Shown: positions 21,868 through 32,018, numbered from the stretch's first letter. The stretch: DNA of 64,000 nt from an uncultured Chloroflexia bacterium (GCA_963768655.1 CAVYIM010000005.1:128001-192000); one strand, 5' to 3'. Program-made: numbers and translations. Notes: generated from the sequence alone by a model not told the origin.

Positions 21868-22565
21868 CCGGGCCGCGAAACGACGCTTCGGGCGATCAGC
21901 CGGTTCGCCCCGGACGAGCCCGGGGTCGTTCCGGCGGAGCCGGCCGGCTCGCGCCGTGGAGGTGGAGGCTGCCTCGCAACCTGGCGACGATCGCCCGGCT
22001 GGCCGGCCCACCAACCGCGCTCGCCGTTCTCGCCACGATCGTCCTCGTGAGTGCCCTGGTGACGTTCCAGGGCATGCGCAGCCTGGCCGTCAACGCCTGG
22101 CTGCTGGCAGTCGGCGGGCTGCTCGTGTGGACCTGCTGGCGCGCCCTCGCCACGGCTCTGCCGACGGCCGCCGCGTCGGAATTCGACTTCGTCCGGAACC
22201 GACCCCCCGAGCAGCCCTCCGAACTCCGTGACGCCAAGACGATCGTGGCAGTGATCGTGGACTCCGAACGGAGCTGGCGAAGCGTGGAGTTCCGCCTGCG
22301 CCCCATGCTGCGCACCGTCGCCGCGGCTCGACTGGTCGAACGCTACCAGGTGGACCTGGAGGAAGAGCCGGCGGCCGCCCATCGGATCCTCGGCGACGAA
22401 CTGTGGGAACTCGTCGGCCCGGGAACGTACGGTCCGGCCGAGGCCGACCGGACCGCGGGCGAGATCCCCGGCTTGCCCGGCACCGATCAGACTCATACAC
22501 GCGGGCGCGGTGGGATCCCGCGCGCGACCATCAAGCGAGCCGTCGACCTTCTGGAGGCACTGTGA
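21864..22565 (+). CDS. Hypothetical membrane protein of the MoxR operon
   Basis: GTGA overlap with the upstream stop, two TM helices, LRPMLR...LGDELWELV...VDLLEAL. Confidence 0.78.
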   Translation: MTGPRNDASGDQPVRPGRARGRSGGAGRLAPWRWRLPRNLATIARLAGPPTALAVLATIVLVSALVTFQGMRSLAVNAWLLAVGGLLVWTCWRALATALPTAAASEFDFVRNRPPEQPSELRDAKTIVAVIVDSERSWRSVEFRLRPMLRTVAAARLVERYQVDLEEEPAAAHRILGDELWELVGPGTYGPAEADRTAGEIPGLPGTDQTHTRGRGGIPRATIKRAVDLLEAL

Positions 22566-23554
22566 CCAAGGACACCGGCATCAACGACACTCGCCGCGCC
22601 GCGGAGCTGGCGGGACACGTGCTGGACGAGATAGAGCGCGTCGTCGTCGGCAAGAGATCGGTCCTGGAGCTGGTTCTGCTGGCGCTGCTGGCCGACGGCC
22701 ACGTCCTCATCGAGGATCTGCCCGGCCTGGCCAAGACTCTCATGGCCCGTTCCTTCGCCCGCGTCATCAACCTCAGCTTCGCCCGCATCCAGTTCACGCC
22801 GGATCTGATGCCCTCGGACGTGACCGGCGCGGCGATCTACGACCAGCGCAGCGGCGAGTTCGTCTTTCGACCCGGGCCGGTCTTCGCCAACCTGCTCCTC
22901 GGCGACGAGATCAACCGCGCCCCGGCCAAGACTCAGGCCGCCCTGCTGGAGGCGATGGCGGAGCGCCAGGTTACGGTCGACGGCTCCACTCGGCTGCTGG
23001 AGCGGCCGTTCCTGGTGATCGCCACGCAGAACCCCATCGAGGCCGAGGGGACATACCCGCTCCCGGAAGCCCAGCTGGACCAATTCCTGGTTCGCATCTC
23101 CGTTGGCCACCCCGCGAGAGGCGACGAGATCGAAATGCTCGAGCGCAGGGCCGCGCGCCGGACGGACGATGTCGAGCTGCGCGAGGTGCTCGACCCGGCC
23201 ACGCTGCGCTGGATGCAAAGCGTGACCGAGGCCGTGTACGTCTCCCCCAGCATCGCGGCGTACATCGTCGACCTGGTCGCGGCCACGCGCACGAGCCCGC
23301 AGGTCCAGGTCGGGGCCAGCCCGCGGGGCTCCCTGGCGCTCCTGAAGCTGTCGCGCTCGCGGGCCACGATCGCCGGCCGCGACTTCGTCATCCCTGAGGA
23401 CGTCAAGGCCGTCGCGGTGCCGGCGCTGGCCCACCGCATCATGCTCAAGCCCGAGGTCTGGGTGCAACGCCTCCGGACCGACGATCTCGTCCGGCGCGTT
23501 CTCGAGAGCGTGCCGACGCCCGTTCCCGTCGAAGCGGCGCCGAAGCCAGCTTGA
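22562..23554 (+). CDS. MoxR family AAA+ ATPase
   Basis: GHVLIEDLPGLAKT, RIQFTPDLMPSD, DEINRA, ATQNPIE, GTYPLPEAQLD, GASPR. Confidence 0.95.
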   Translation: MTKDTGINDTRRAAELAGHVLDEIERVVVGKRSVLELVLLALLADGHVLIEDLPGLAKTLMARSFARVINLSFARIQFTPDLMPSDVTGAAIYDQRSGEFVFRPGPVFANLLLGDEINRAPAKTQAALLEAMAERQVTVDGSTRLLERPFLVIATQNPIEAEGTYPLPEAQLDQFLVRISVGHPARGDEIEMLERRAARRTDDVELREVLDPATLRWMQSVTEAVYVSPSIAAYIVDLVAATRTSPQVQVGASPRGSLALLKLSRSRATIAGRDFVIPEDVKAVAVPALAHRIMLKPEVWVQRLRTDDLVRRVLESVPTPVPVEAAPKPA

Positions 23555-24825
23555 ACCTGACCGTCTCGCCCAAGCTCAGTGCCTATGCCGCCCTGGGGGC
23601 GGCGGGCTTCCTCGTCGCCCTCGTGTTCGGCTACCCGGAAGCAGCCGTCCTGGGGTTGCCGTTCATCGTTGCCGTCCTGGCCGGGCTGGCGCTCGTCGAA
23701 CGCCCGAACCTCTACGCGTCGGTCGAGATCGATCGCGACCGGCTCCTCGAGGGCGACGACGTCCATCTCGCGGTCACGCTCCGCTCCACCACGGACGTGC
23801 CGTGGCTGCAGATCGCCTGGCCCGTGCCCCGGAGTCTGGCGGCCCATGGCGGCGGCGACGTCGTGGGCGTGAGACTGGAGACGGAGATGCCGGCGACCGT
23901 CGAGACGGTCCTCACGACGACGCGCTGGGGCGTGGTGCGGCTGCCCAGGCCGCTCGTGCGGGCCCACGACGGCCTCGGGTTCTTCCGCTTCGAGGGCTCG
24001 ATCGACCTGGATCGGACCCTGCGCGTGTACCCGCGGCCCGAAACGCTCCGGCGGGCGCTGATTCCGGCCGAAACCCAGGTCTTCAGCGGCAACGAGCTGT
24101 CCAGGGCTCGGGGCGACGGCATCGAATTCGCCGACGTCCGGCCGTACGTGGCCGGGGACAGACCCAGGCGGATCAACTGGCGCCTGAGCACGCGGGCCGG
24201 ACAGCTCCACGTCAACGAGATGCACCCCGAGCGCAACACCGACGTGGTCATCTTCCTGGACCTCTTCAGCGACGTCCGCTCCGGCGCGCAGGGCACGCTC
24301 GACTATGCGGTTCGGGCCGCGGCGGCATTGGCCGAGCACTATCTCGCGCGGCGCGACAGGGTCGGCGTGATCGGCTTCGGCGGTGTCCTGCGATGGCTCA
24401 AGCCCGATATGGGCGCGACCCAGATATATCGGATCGTGGACACGCTGATCAATTCGGAGATCGTGGTCACGCACGTTCCGCGCGGCATCGAGGTCATTCC
24501 GCCTCGCATGTTGCCGCCAAAGTCGCTCGTCGTGGCTCTGACTCCGCTCTTCGACGACCGGGCTGTCGAAGCTCTGCTGGACCTGCGTGCGCGCCGCTTC
24601 GACCTGACCGTCGTGGAGGTCATGGCCGAGCCGTTCGCCGTTCCAGGGCCGAGCGACGCCGCCCGCCTCGCCCGCCGCATCTGGGAGCTCGATCGCGCCG
24701 CGACGCGCCTGCGCTATCGCCGCCTCGGCGTGCCGATCGTGCCGTGGCGCCCGGGCGAACCGCTGGCGGGCCCGCTGGCTGAGTGGCGCAAATCCGGGAG
24801 GCGCAACAGATGGCTCCACGCCTGA
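23551..24825 (+). CDS. DUF58 domain protein (MoxR partner)
   Basis: G.EFADVRPY..GD..RRINWR, followed by a vWA-like region (VIFLD...RDRVG). Confidence 0.9.
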   Translation: MNLTVSPKLSAYAALGAAGFLVALVFGYPEAAVLGLPFIVAVLAGLALVERPNLYASVEIDRDRLLEGDDVHLAVTLRSTTDVPWLQIAWPVPRSLAAHGGGDVVGVRLETEMPATVETVLTTTRWGVVRLPRPLVRAHDGLGFFRFEGSIDLDRTLRVYPRPETLRRALIPAETQVFSGNELSRARGDGIEFADVRPYVAGDRPRRINWRLSTRAGQLHVNEMHPERNTDVVIFLDLFSDVRSGAQGTLDYAVRAAAALAEHYLARRDRVGVIGFGGVLRWLKPDMGATQIYRIVDTLINSEIVVTHVPRGIEVIPPRMLPPKSLVVALTPLFDDRAVEALLDLRARRFDLTVVEVMAEPFAVPGPSDAARLARRIWELDRAATRLRYRRLGVPIVPWRPGEPLAGPLAEWRKSGRRNRWLHA

Positions 24826-25400
24826 CCACGGCCGCACTGGCATTGTTCGGCGCGGCCGCTTTCGGGGTCGTCTCGACCGTCGCCGGCACCGACCCGACGG
24901 GCGCGGCCGGAGCGGTGGGGCCTTCCGGTTGGGAGATCCCCGGGCTGCTGTCTCTCGGGGCGCTGGCGTGCCTCGGCCTGGGGCTCGGACTGGCCAGCCC
25001 ACGCCCGATCGTGATCGCGCTCGCGTTGCTCGGCATTGCCTGGCTCATCGGCCTGCCGACGTCGAGTGCGTGGCGGTCCCTCACCGCCGCGGCCGGCGGC
25101 TGGTTGCTGGCGGTCGCCGAGCTGGCCTACTGGTCGCTCGAATTCCGGGTGTCGGGTATCGATCAGAGAACCGTGTACGTCCGGCGTGCGGCAACGATCG
25201 CGGCCCTCGTGGGCGCCTCGGCCGTGCTGGCTCTCGTGCCGGAGTTCGATCTCTCCCCGACCCAGATCGGCGGCGTTGGGCTCACGGCCGCCGGCTTGCT
25301 CGCTGCGGCGGCCCTCGTCGCCGTGGCGGCGGCTCTCGCGTGGCGCCTGCGGACGGGGCGCGACCCACAGCCCGCGGTCGCCGACCGGCCGACGGAGTGA
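24810..25400 (+). CDS. Hypothetical multi-pass membrane protein
   Basis: Highly hydrophobic 196-aa ORF overlapping the end of the DUF58 gene. Confidence 0.75.
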   Translation: MAPRLTTAALALFGAAAFGVVSTVAGTDPTGAAGAVGPSGWEIPGLLSLGALACLGLGLGLASPRPIVIALALLGIAWLIGLPTSSAWRSLTAAAGGWLLAVAELAYWSLEFRVSGIDQRTVYVRRAATIAALVGASAVLALVPEFDLSPTQIGGVGLTAAGLLAAAALVAVAAALAWRLRTGRDPQPAVADRPTE

Positions 25401-25497
25401 CGCGGCCGGCTTCATCCGGCACGCCCGAGCAGCACCGCCCGGGGCCGAGCCTCAGACTCTACTTGCGTCGTTGCGCAAGCTGTTGTAGAGTGTGCGC

Positions 25498-25792
25498 ATG
25501 CTCGAACTGAGCGATCTGGAGGCAACGCAGACTGCGGTCCGCCGCGGTGGCCAGGGCTCTGGCCGACGCCAAGAGGCTGTGCGTCCTTCGGTGTCTCGGT
25601 GAGGGCGAGTTGTCGGTCCGGGACCTGTCCGAGCGCGTCGGATGTCATGTCCCGAACATGAGCCAGCACCTCGCGGTGCTGCGCAACTCGGGTCTGGTCC
25701 TGACCAGGCGCGACGGCAACGTCATCTACTACCGCCTCGCGGACGCGCAAATCCTCGAGGCCTGCCGGCTGCTCGAATCCATTTCCGGCTGA
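25498..25792 (+). CDS. ArsR/SmtB family transcriptional regulator; apparent +1 frameshift near 25522
   Basis: ALAD..RL, GELSV, SQHLAVLRNSGLV..RRDG..IYYRL. TAGAGT-N6-ATG at 25498 joins the ArsR frame if one G is removed. Confidence 0.85.
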
Positions 25793-25844
25793 GTTCGGCT
25801 CGAACTCGGCACCATTCCAGCAGGGAGAAAGGACCATCCATCAG

Positions 25845-26186
25845 ATGGCCGAGGTTGCACAAGTCACGGACGAGACTTTCGAACAGGTCGTCCTCAACGC
25901 CGAGCGGCCGATCATCGTCGACTTCTGGGCCACCTGGTGCGGCCCCTGCGCGATGGTCGCTCCCGAGCTGGAGCGGATCGCCAGGAAGTACGCGGGCGTC
26001 ATCGACGTCGTGAAGATGGACGTCGACGCCAACCCGGCCGTGTCCCAGGCGCTCCAGATCATGAACCTGCCCACAGTCGCTTTCTTCCGCCCCGGACAGC
26101 AGCCGATGGCCGTCATCGGGGCCCGGTCGGCGGAACAGTTCGAGGCAAGCTTCGGGCTTTCGCAGTACGCTACGCCCAAGAGTTGA
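25845..26186 (+). CDS. trxA: Thioredoxin
   Basis: VDFWATWCGPC active site, 113 aa. Confidence 0.92.
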   Translation: MAEVAQVTDETFEQVVLNAERPIIVDFWATWCGPCAMVAPELERIARKYAGVIDVVKMDVDANPAVSQALQIMNLPTVAFFRPGQQPMAVIGARSAEQFEASFGLSQYATPKS

Positions 26187-26222
26187 GGGCCAGATAGCCC
26201 GACCACAATCGAATATCCCAAA

Positions 26223-26288
26223 ACGGGGCCTCCCCCTCGGCCCCGTCTAGCGACCCCGGCCTTCCCCCTCAGGCCGGGGTCGTGTTTT
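26223..26288 (+). terminator. Twin hairpins with identical TCCCCCTC loops; the second is followed by TGTTTT (intrinsic terminator and/or sRNA)
   Basis: 8-bp stem at 26223-30/26239-46 and 12-bp stem at 26251-62/26271-82. Confidence 0.7.
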
Positions 26289-26336
26289 GCGCCGAATTCG
26301 GGTCGCCGCGGCGCTGCCGAAGGCTTCGGTCCGACC

Positions 26337-26711
26337 TCAGTTCGGTCGAGGCGGGGGCGTCCGATCGTCGGGCGACTGCCCGGCCAGTCGCCAGGCGCTC
26401 TCGAACCAGGACAGGGCGCGGTCCAGGGCAAAGCCGTCCACCTCCCTCGGCTGGAGGGTGACCCAGGCTGATCCGCGGGAGGAGCGGACCGTGTCCGCCG
26501 TCCGAAGGGCCGCGCCGGCAACTTCGGGTCGAAGGCGGAAGCTGACGATATTCCCCTGGCGGGCGGCGAAGACGGTGGCCCCACGCACGTATTCGACGAG
26601 GGTCCCGGACTCGTGGCGGTGGATCTCGCCCAGCTCGTCCGCCAGCCGGTCGATCGCCTCGCTCAGGCTCGGCGCTCTTGTGCCCCCGTTGTCGGTTCGG
26701 TCGTCGGTCAT
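26337..26711 (-). CDS. Hypothetical protein (possible YjbR/DUF5655-like fold)
   Basis: 124-aa ORF with RGSAWVTL...DRALSWFESAWR. Downstream of the DinB-like gene. Confidence 0.7.
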   Translation of the reverse strand: MTDDRTDNGGTRAPSLSEAIDRLADELGEIHRHESGTLVEYVRGATVFAARQGNIVSFRLRPEVAGAALRTADTVRSSRGSAWVTLQPREVDGFALDRALSWFESAWRLAGQSPDDRTPPPRPN

Positions 26712-26747
26712 CCGGTTGCCACTTTCCTGGCCGAATACCGCAGGCGA

Positions 26748-27236
26748 TCAGCGCCCCGCTGCTGCGAGCACGGCTCGGAGATCCGCCATGTGCTCGTCGT
26801 AGTGTTCGGTGGTGTTGCCGAGCAGCGACTTGAGGTGGGTAGGGTCCTTGAGCCAGCGAGTCTCGGGCACCACGGTCAGGTAGCCGCGCAACTCGCCCGG
26901 CAACGTCGCGAAGCGACGCCTCACTTCGGCCATCGGCAGAGCCGCCCATTCGGCCTGCAGGCGAGCGTTGATCGCCTCGCCCTGAGCATCCCAGTCGGCG
27001 CCGACTTCCTCGAGCCGATCGAAGGCCGGGCTCTTCGGCCCGATCGCCAGCTCCTCCGCGATGGCTCGCCAGCTCGCGACCCAGGCGCCGAGGTGGCCCA
27101 TCAGATCCCTTCCGCTCCAGCCATGCGCCCCCTCGACGGGCTTCTCCAGCTGCTCATCGGTGAGGTCCAGCAGGGCCTCATACGGTCGCCAGGCTTCGCG
27201 CTCTTCGTCGAGGAAAGACAGTCCGTCGGCATACAT
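26748..27236 (-). CDS. DinB/ClbS-like four-helix-bundle protein
   Basis: GWSGRDLMGHL..W and HYDEH motifs. TACCAT lies 6 nt upstream of the ATG. Confidence 0.82.
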   Translation of the reverse strand: MYADGLSFLDEEREAWRPYEALLDLTDEQLEKPVEGAHGWSGRDLMGHLGAWVASWRAIAEELAIGPKSPAFDRLEEVGADWDAQGEAINARLQAEWAALPMAEVRRRFATLPGELRGYLTVVPETRWLKDPTHLKSLLGNTTEHYDEHMADLRAVLAAAGR

Positions 27237-27557
27237 GCGTCGATGGTAGCGCCCGGTGCGCGGGTGCGCCGGACTTACTGCCTGTCGTAGGTACGCCCGG
27301 ACGGGCCATTGCCCCGGGCCGATCCGGCGTTACGGTGGATACCGGCCGCCGATTATCGGAGCACGAAGATATCGGAGCACGAAGAGGCCAGGGGCGTCGG
27401 ACACGGGCCGGGGCCACCGCAACCGCCACCTTGAGACGACCGGGGCGTCGTACAGGAGGTCGCCAGCCCCGACCACGACCCGAGCAACCACGGAGAGCCG
27501 GCCAGCATGGACCTCTTCGATCGGCGGCCGCCCACCCTGTCAGCGGCGTGGCAAAGG

Positions 27558-28313
27558 TCAGCGGCGTGGCAAAGCCGTGTCCAGCCGCCGTCGCCGCGGC
27601 GCCCCGGTACGTTCCAGATAGCGCAGGACGACACGCGCGGCCATCACCAGCCCCGCATCGCGGTCGATGGTGCGCACGATCCAATCGACGTAGGTCGGCT
27701 CCAGCTCGGCCACGTCGGCGAGGGTCAGCCCTTCGAACTTGCCGAACCTGAGGCGCGTGTCCAGCGCGTCGGCAAGGGTGGGCAGCTCCCCTTCCAGGTC
27801 CGGACCGGGTCGGCGATGGGTGGGCCCACTGGGCGTTGAGGCGCGCGGCGGCTCGCGATCCTCCGCCGAGCGGGGACGCGGCGGAAGCCCCGGCAGCGGG
27901 CTCCGGTCGAGCGGATGCAGGGTCGAGTTGCGGGGCCGCAGCAGGGCGCTGGTGTCGATCCGGGCGGTGACGGGCCGGCCCGTGCGAGGCTGCGGAACGG
28001 GGCCGGAGCGATGGTCCGGGACCGTGGACGGGTCGCCGGCGGCGGGCCCTCCCGGCCACTCCCCGGATTGGCCGCCGCGGGCCGCTCGGGCCGCCGCTTC
28101 CCGATGCCGCTGCCGCCGCTCCGGGTCGTTGAGCTCATGATATGCCGCGTTGATCTCCGCCATGCGGCGGTTGGCATGGCGCTCGACGCTTTCGTCGCCG
28201 CTCGCCACGTCGGGGTGATGCTGGCGGGCGAGACGTCGCCACGCGGCCTTGATGGTGTCCGAGGTGGCGTCAAGGGGGATCTCGAGGACCGTGAACGGGT
28301 TGCGCTGCGGCAT
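27558..28313 (-). CDS. J-domain protein with a C-terminal FGKF/YVDW domain (DUF3820/ExoX-C-terminal-like)
   Basis: NPFTVL...HHPD...EINAAY J-domain; C-terminal LRFGKFEGLTLADVAELEPTYVDWI. TAGACT lies 6 nt upstream. Confidence 0.87.
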   Translation of the reverse strand: MPQRNPFTVLEIPLDATSDTIKAAWRRLARQHHPDVASGDESVERHANRRMAEINAAYHELNDPERRQRHREAAARAARGGQSGEWPGGPAAGDPSTVPDHRSGPVPQPRTGRPVTARIDTSALLRPRNSTLHPLDRSPLPGLPPRPRSAEDREPPRASTPSGPTHRRPGPDLEGELPTLADALDTRLRFGKFEGLTLADVAELEPTYVDWIVRTIDRDAGLVMAARVVLRYLERTGAPRRRRLDTALPRR

Positions 28314-28441
28314 CCCACCAGTCTACCGGCCTGCGCCACAAGCCCCGCGCTCGCTGGCCCCGACGCCACTCTCCCGCCGGTCGCGGCAATCGGGCCGTAG
28401 CCCGACTTGACAGCGGCGCCGCGGTGCCGTCCCCTACTCTC

Positions 28442-29566
28442 ATGTCATCTTCCGCGTTCCGACCCGGGCGCCTGGCACTGGCCGCGGGCGTCGTGGGCGC
28501 CGTCTCTTTCGGCCTCGCCTATAGATTTGCCCTGCAGTACCGCAAGAGAGTGGGCTTGCCCCATCGAAGCCCGGTCGAGGGCAGTCCGGCAGACTTCGGG
28601 CTGGCATTCGAATCGGTCGAAATCCCGTCGGGAGACGCACCTCTGGCGGGCTGGTTCGTGCCCGCGGGAGGTTCGGACGGCCGCCGCGACCCAGTGGGAC
28701 CCCGGCCCGCGGTCGCGATCGTTCACGGCTGGGAATCGAATCGCGGCCGATCCGTGGCCCACGTTCGATACCTCCACGCCGCCGGATTCCACTGCCTGGT
28801 CATCGATGTCCGAGGCCACGGCGACAACCCGCCCGAGGAGCTGCCGATCGAGGTCCCCGAATTCGCCAAGGATGCCGCGGCGGCGGCACGCTGGCTCGCC
28901 GCCCGACCGGATGTGTCGGCCGTCGGCCTGCTTGGGCATTCGATGGGCGGCGCCGGTGTGATAGTGGCGGCCGCCTCCGTACCGGCGGTCCGGGCGGTCG
29001 TGGCGCTGTCGGCCCACGCCGACCTGGTGCGGATGACCCGCAAGATCTTCGCCATGGCCGAGATGAAGATTCCCGCGCCGATCGCCACTCCCCTCGCCTA
29101 CCTGACGGCCGCGGTCCTGCTGGTCCCGCGTCACCACTCGATCGACGACGCGGACGCGTGCCTCGCCGCCGCGCGGTATAGCGGCCCGCTGCTGCTGATG
29201 CACGGCGAGGACGATCGGGGAGTTCCAGCGGCGCACCTGTCGCTGATCGCCGAGGCGGCCCGCAGCGCCCGCACTTCGCCAGGCTCCGCCCCGGTCGAGA
29301 CGCTCATCGTGCCCGGCTACGGTCACCGCTGGCTGTATGAGGACGCGGAAGTCCGCCGCAGGACGGCGTCGTTCCTCGCCGAAGCGCTCGGCGGCCCGGT
29401 GGCGCCTGAGAAGGCCGGCGAGCTGGCCGCGGCCTGCGTCGTCGAGCGCCCTGAGAATCCCGTCTACGGCTTCGGTGCTCAGAGTGCCGCCCAGAAGGCC
29501 GAAGCCGAGGCTCGCGAGAAGGCTCGCCGGGACGCCCGCCCCGGCGCCGACGGCTCGCTCAACTGA
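28442..29566 (+). CDS. Alpha/beta-fold hydrolase with an N-terminal membrane anchor
   Basis: HGW, DVRGHG, nucleophile elbow GHSMGG, HGEDD, GYGH. Confidence 0.88.
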   Translation: MSSSAFRPGRLALAAGVVGAVSFGLAYRFALQYRKRVGLPHRSPVEGSPADFGLAFESVEIPSGDAPLAGWFVPAGGSDGRRDPVGPRPAVAIVHGWESNRGRSVAHVRYLHAAGFHCLVIDVRGHGDNPPEELPIEVPEFAKDAAAAARWLAARPDVSAVGLLGHSMGGAGVIVAAASVPAVRAVVALSAHADLVRMTRKIFAMAEMKIPAPIATPLAYLTAAVLLVPRHHSIDDADACLAAARYSGPLLLMHGEDDRGVPAAHLSLIAEAARSARTSPGSAPVETLIVPGYGHRWLYEDAEVRRRTASFLAEALGGPVAPEKAGELAAACVVERPENPVYGFGAQSAAQKAEAEAREKARRDARPGADGSLN

Positions 29567-29634
29567 TCCGGTCGCGTACCCTCGCGCCGCGGCGGCACCG
29601 GCCCGCCGCCCCGCCCTTCACCTGGAGCAGAGCA

Positions 29635-30153
29635 ATGGACACCTGGCAAGCAATCGACACCACGCGAGCGATCCGCAAGTTCGCCGATCGGCCGCTCGAA
29701 CCGGAGCACCTGACGCGCATCCTCAACGCCGGGCGCCGCTCGGGCAGCTCCAAGAACCAGCAGAACTGGGACTTCGTCGTCTGCACCGACCGAGCCCACC
29801 TGGCCGAGCTGGCCGGTGTCGGCCCGTACGCCCAGCACCTGGCCGGCGCCGCGGCCGCGATCGCGCTCATCACGCCCGACCCGGCCACCGCCGAGGCGCC
29901 GCTGTCGGTCATGTGGGACCTGGGCCGCGCGGCCCAGAACATGACCCTGGCCGCCTGGGAGCTGGGCATCGGCAGCGTCCCCGCCACGGTGTACGAGCAA
30001 GCGCTCATCCGCAAGCTCCTCGGCCTGCCGGCCGGCCGCCACTGCGAGTTCCTGCTCTCGTTCGGCTACCCGGCGGATCTGGAGGCGTTGACCTGGCCGA
30101 AGCGAAAGGGCCGGAAGCCGCTCGAGGCCATCGTCCACTACGAGCGCTGGTAG
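29635..30153 (+). CDS. Nitroreductase family protein
   Basis: RAIRKF, SSKNQQNWDFVV, AAQNMTLAAWELGIGS, FGYP. Confidence 0.9.
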   Translation: MDTWQAIDTTRAIRKFADRPLEPEHLTRILNAGRRSGSSKNQQNWDFVVCTDRAHLAELAGVGPYAQHLAGAAAAIALITPDPATAEAPLSVMWDLGRAAQNMTLAAWELGIGSVPATVYEQALIRKLLGLPAGRHCEFLLSFGYPADLEALTWPKRKGRKPLEAIVHYERW

Positions 30154-30340
30154 CGTGCCTTGCCAGCGTGGCCAGTGTTCGTTGGCCTCGCCAGGGAGCA
30201 GCGGCCTTTGGCCGGTCGGCGCAACTCCTTTATCCTCCGCGACCTCCTATGTCCCGTTCGGCGGCCGCCCTCCGTGGCGTCACGGACACTCCTTCGATGC
30301 GTCATCCTGCCGTTGTTCGGATGATAGAGGGAGGCGGAGC

Positions 30341-31629
30341 GTGAGAGCCAGCCCGGGGGTCGGCAGGGTCCGCAGCTCGACTGGGCGAGCGTTGGCCGGG
30401 TTGGTCCTTGTCGTGGCCATCGCCGGCTGCGCGGGAAGCCCGGCGTCGCCCTCGCCCTCACCGAGCCTCAGCCCGGGCCTGAGCCTGAGCCCGACTGCCA
30501 GCCCGATCGCCAGCCCCACCGTAGCGCCCACGCCTACCCCCTCTCCCACACTGGCATCCACCCTCAGCCCAACCGGCACCTTCGTCGCTACCGGAAGCAT
30601 GGCCCAGCCTCGAATGGATGCCACGGCCACGCTCCTGCCCGACGGCAAAGTCCTGATCGCCGGAGGTAGCGTCGTTCCGGTTTCCCAGGTCGTTGCTTCC
30701 GCGGAACTCTACGACCCTTCCACGCACAAGTTCACTCGGACAGGCTCGATGGCCACGGCTCGCTCGAATGCCGCGGCCACGCTCCTGGCGGACGGGCGTG
30801 TGCTGATCGTCGGTGGCGATGGCTGCCGCAACCTCGCAACATGTCCCGAGCCCGATTCTCTGAAGTCGGCCGAGCTGTACGATCCGACGAGCGGCAGGTT
30901 CACGGCCACAGGCTCGATGTCCGAAGCGCGTGCCAGTGCCACGGCCATACTTCTGCCGGACGGACGGGTCCTGGTCCTTAGCGGCGGCAGCCTTCTGGTC
31001 GAGGCATACGACCCCACGACAGGCAAGTTCACGCGGGCAGGCTCGTTGTTGAACCAATACCAAGATGTGAGGGCGCTGCTGCTGCCTAACGGTAAGGTGC
31101 TGGTAGTGGGCGACGGCCTACCCGGTCTGGGTGCCGAGTTGTTCGATCCGGGCAGCGGCCAGTCCAGCTCGATCTCCGTCCCGCTTCCTTCGGGTGCGGT
31201 CACGACCGTTGTCTATGTGGAGACGGCCACCCTGCTCCAGGACGGACGCGTTCTCCTGCAGGTCTTCGACTCCGACTCTGCAGTGAACTACCTGATCACC
31301 TACGATTCCGCGACAGGATCCTTCACGCAATCTGGGTCAATCGATGCACCCGCCGGTTGGCTTCGGAATACCGCAGTGCTTCTGCGCGATGGCCGAGTGT
31401 TCTTCGCCGGAGGCCTCGTCGCCCCGCTTCGACGCCGGTGAAGATTCACACTGCCGACTCCGCCGGCCTGTATGACCCGACCAGCGGCTTTCACCTGCTC
31501 AGCTCCAAGATGATCCGGGCCCGAGACGACCTAACGGCGACAGCCCTTCCCGACGGCACCGTCTTGATCGCGGGCGGTATCACCGACTACCAGAAGGCCT
31601 TTTCTTCTGCCGAGCTGTTCGAGCCCTGA
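30341..31629 (+). CDS. Secreted/lipoprotein Kelch-repeat beta-propeller; apparent frameshift near 31425
   Basis: Lipobox-like IAGC, Ser/Pro linker and repeated TGSM..R...ATLL.DG.VLI.GG...AELYDP units. The last repeat continues in another frame to 31629. Confidence 0.83.
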
Positions 31630-32018
31630 AAGAGGCGGCGTCTGAACCGCCTAACCTGTTGTCTCGGCCTCAAGTCCTCTCACCTCCGACGTTGCCCCAC
31701 GCACCTCACTCGAGTCGGCGTTGCGGTTACGGGGCCGGCGCGCCCGCTCCTCCCCCTCAACATCACCCGGTGTAATGCTACGTGCGCGGCCTCGATCGGG
31801 GCGCCTCACCTGCGGGCAACCATCGCCTCGGGCAAGCGGCTCCGAGCGTGGATTCCGCGTCGAGTGTCCGACCTTTCCCGGCCGAGGGCGGATCGCGCCA
31901 CCCGGATGTCATGTTGCATCGCCCGGGGTGATATTGAGCAGAACCGGACGCCTCCGAGGTCGGGTCGCCGCGTCACGCCCGCCGGCCACGCCCCCGCCCG
32001 CCGGCCACGTTCCCGGGC

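Noticed and set aside
19210-25002. Long alternative-frame ORFs such as 19210-22014 (934 aa) and 22933-25002; likewise 7083-9062, 53516-56032 and the 5' parts of 43431-46982 and 55473-57998
   Set aside because: These are Arg/Gly/Pro-rich shadow frames expected in very GC-rich DNA, and they overlap well-supported genes.
27354-27385. 16-bp direct repeat tatcggagcacgaaga (two copies) as a regulator site or part of a small gene
   Set aside because: An exact adjacent duplication like others in the window, with no supporting ORF or motif.
30298-30310. 13-bp match (atgcgtcatcctg) to the region at the XRE gene start
   Set aside because: It is short, the palindrome is broken in this copy, and no flanking similarity is visible, so it may be chance.
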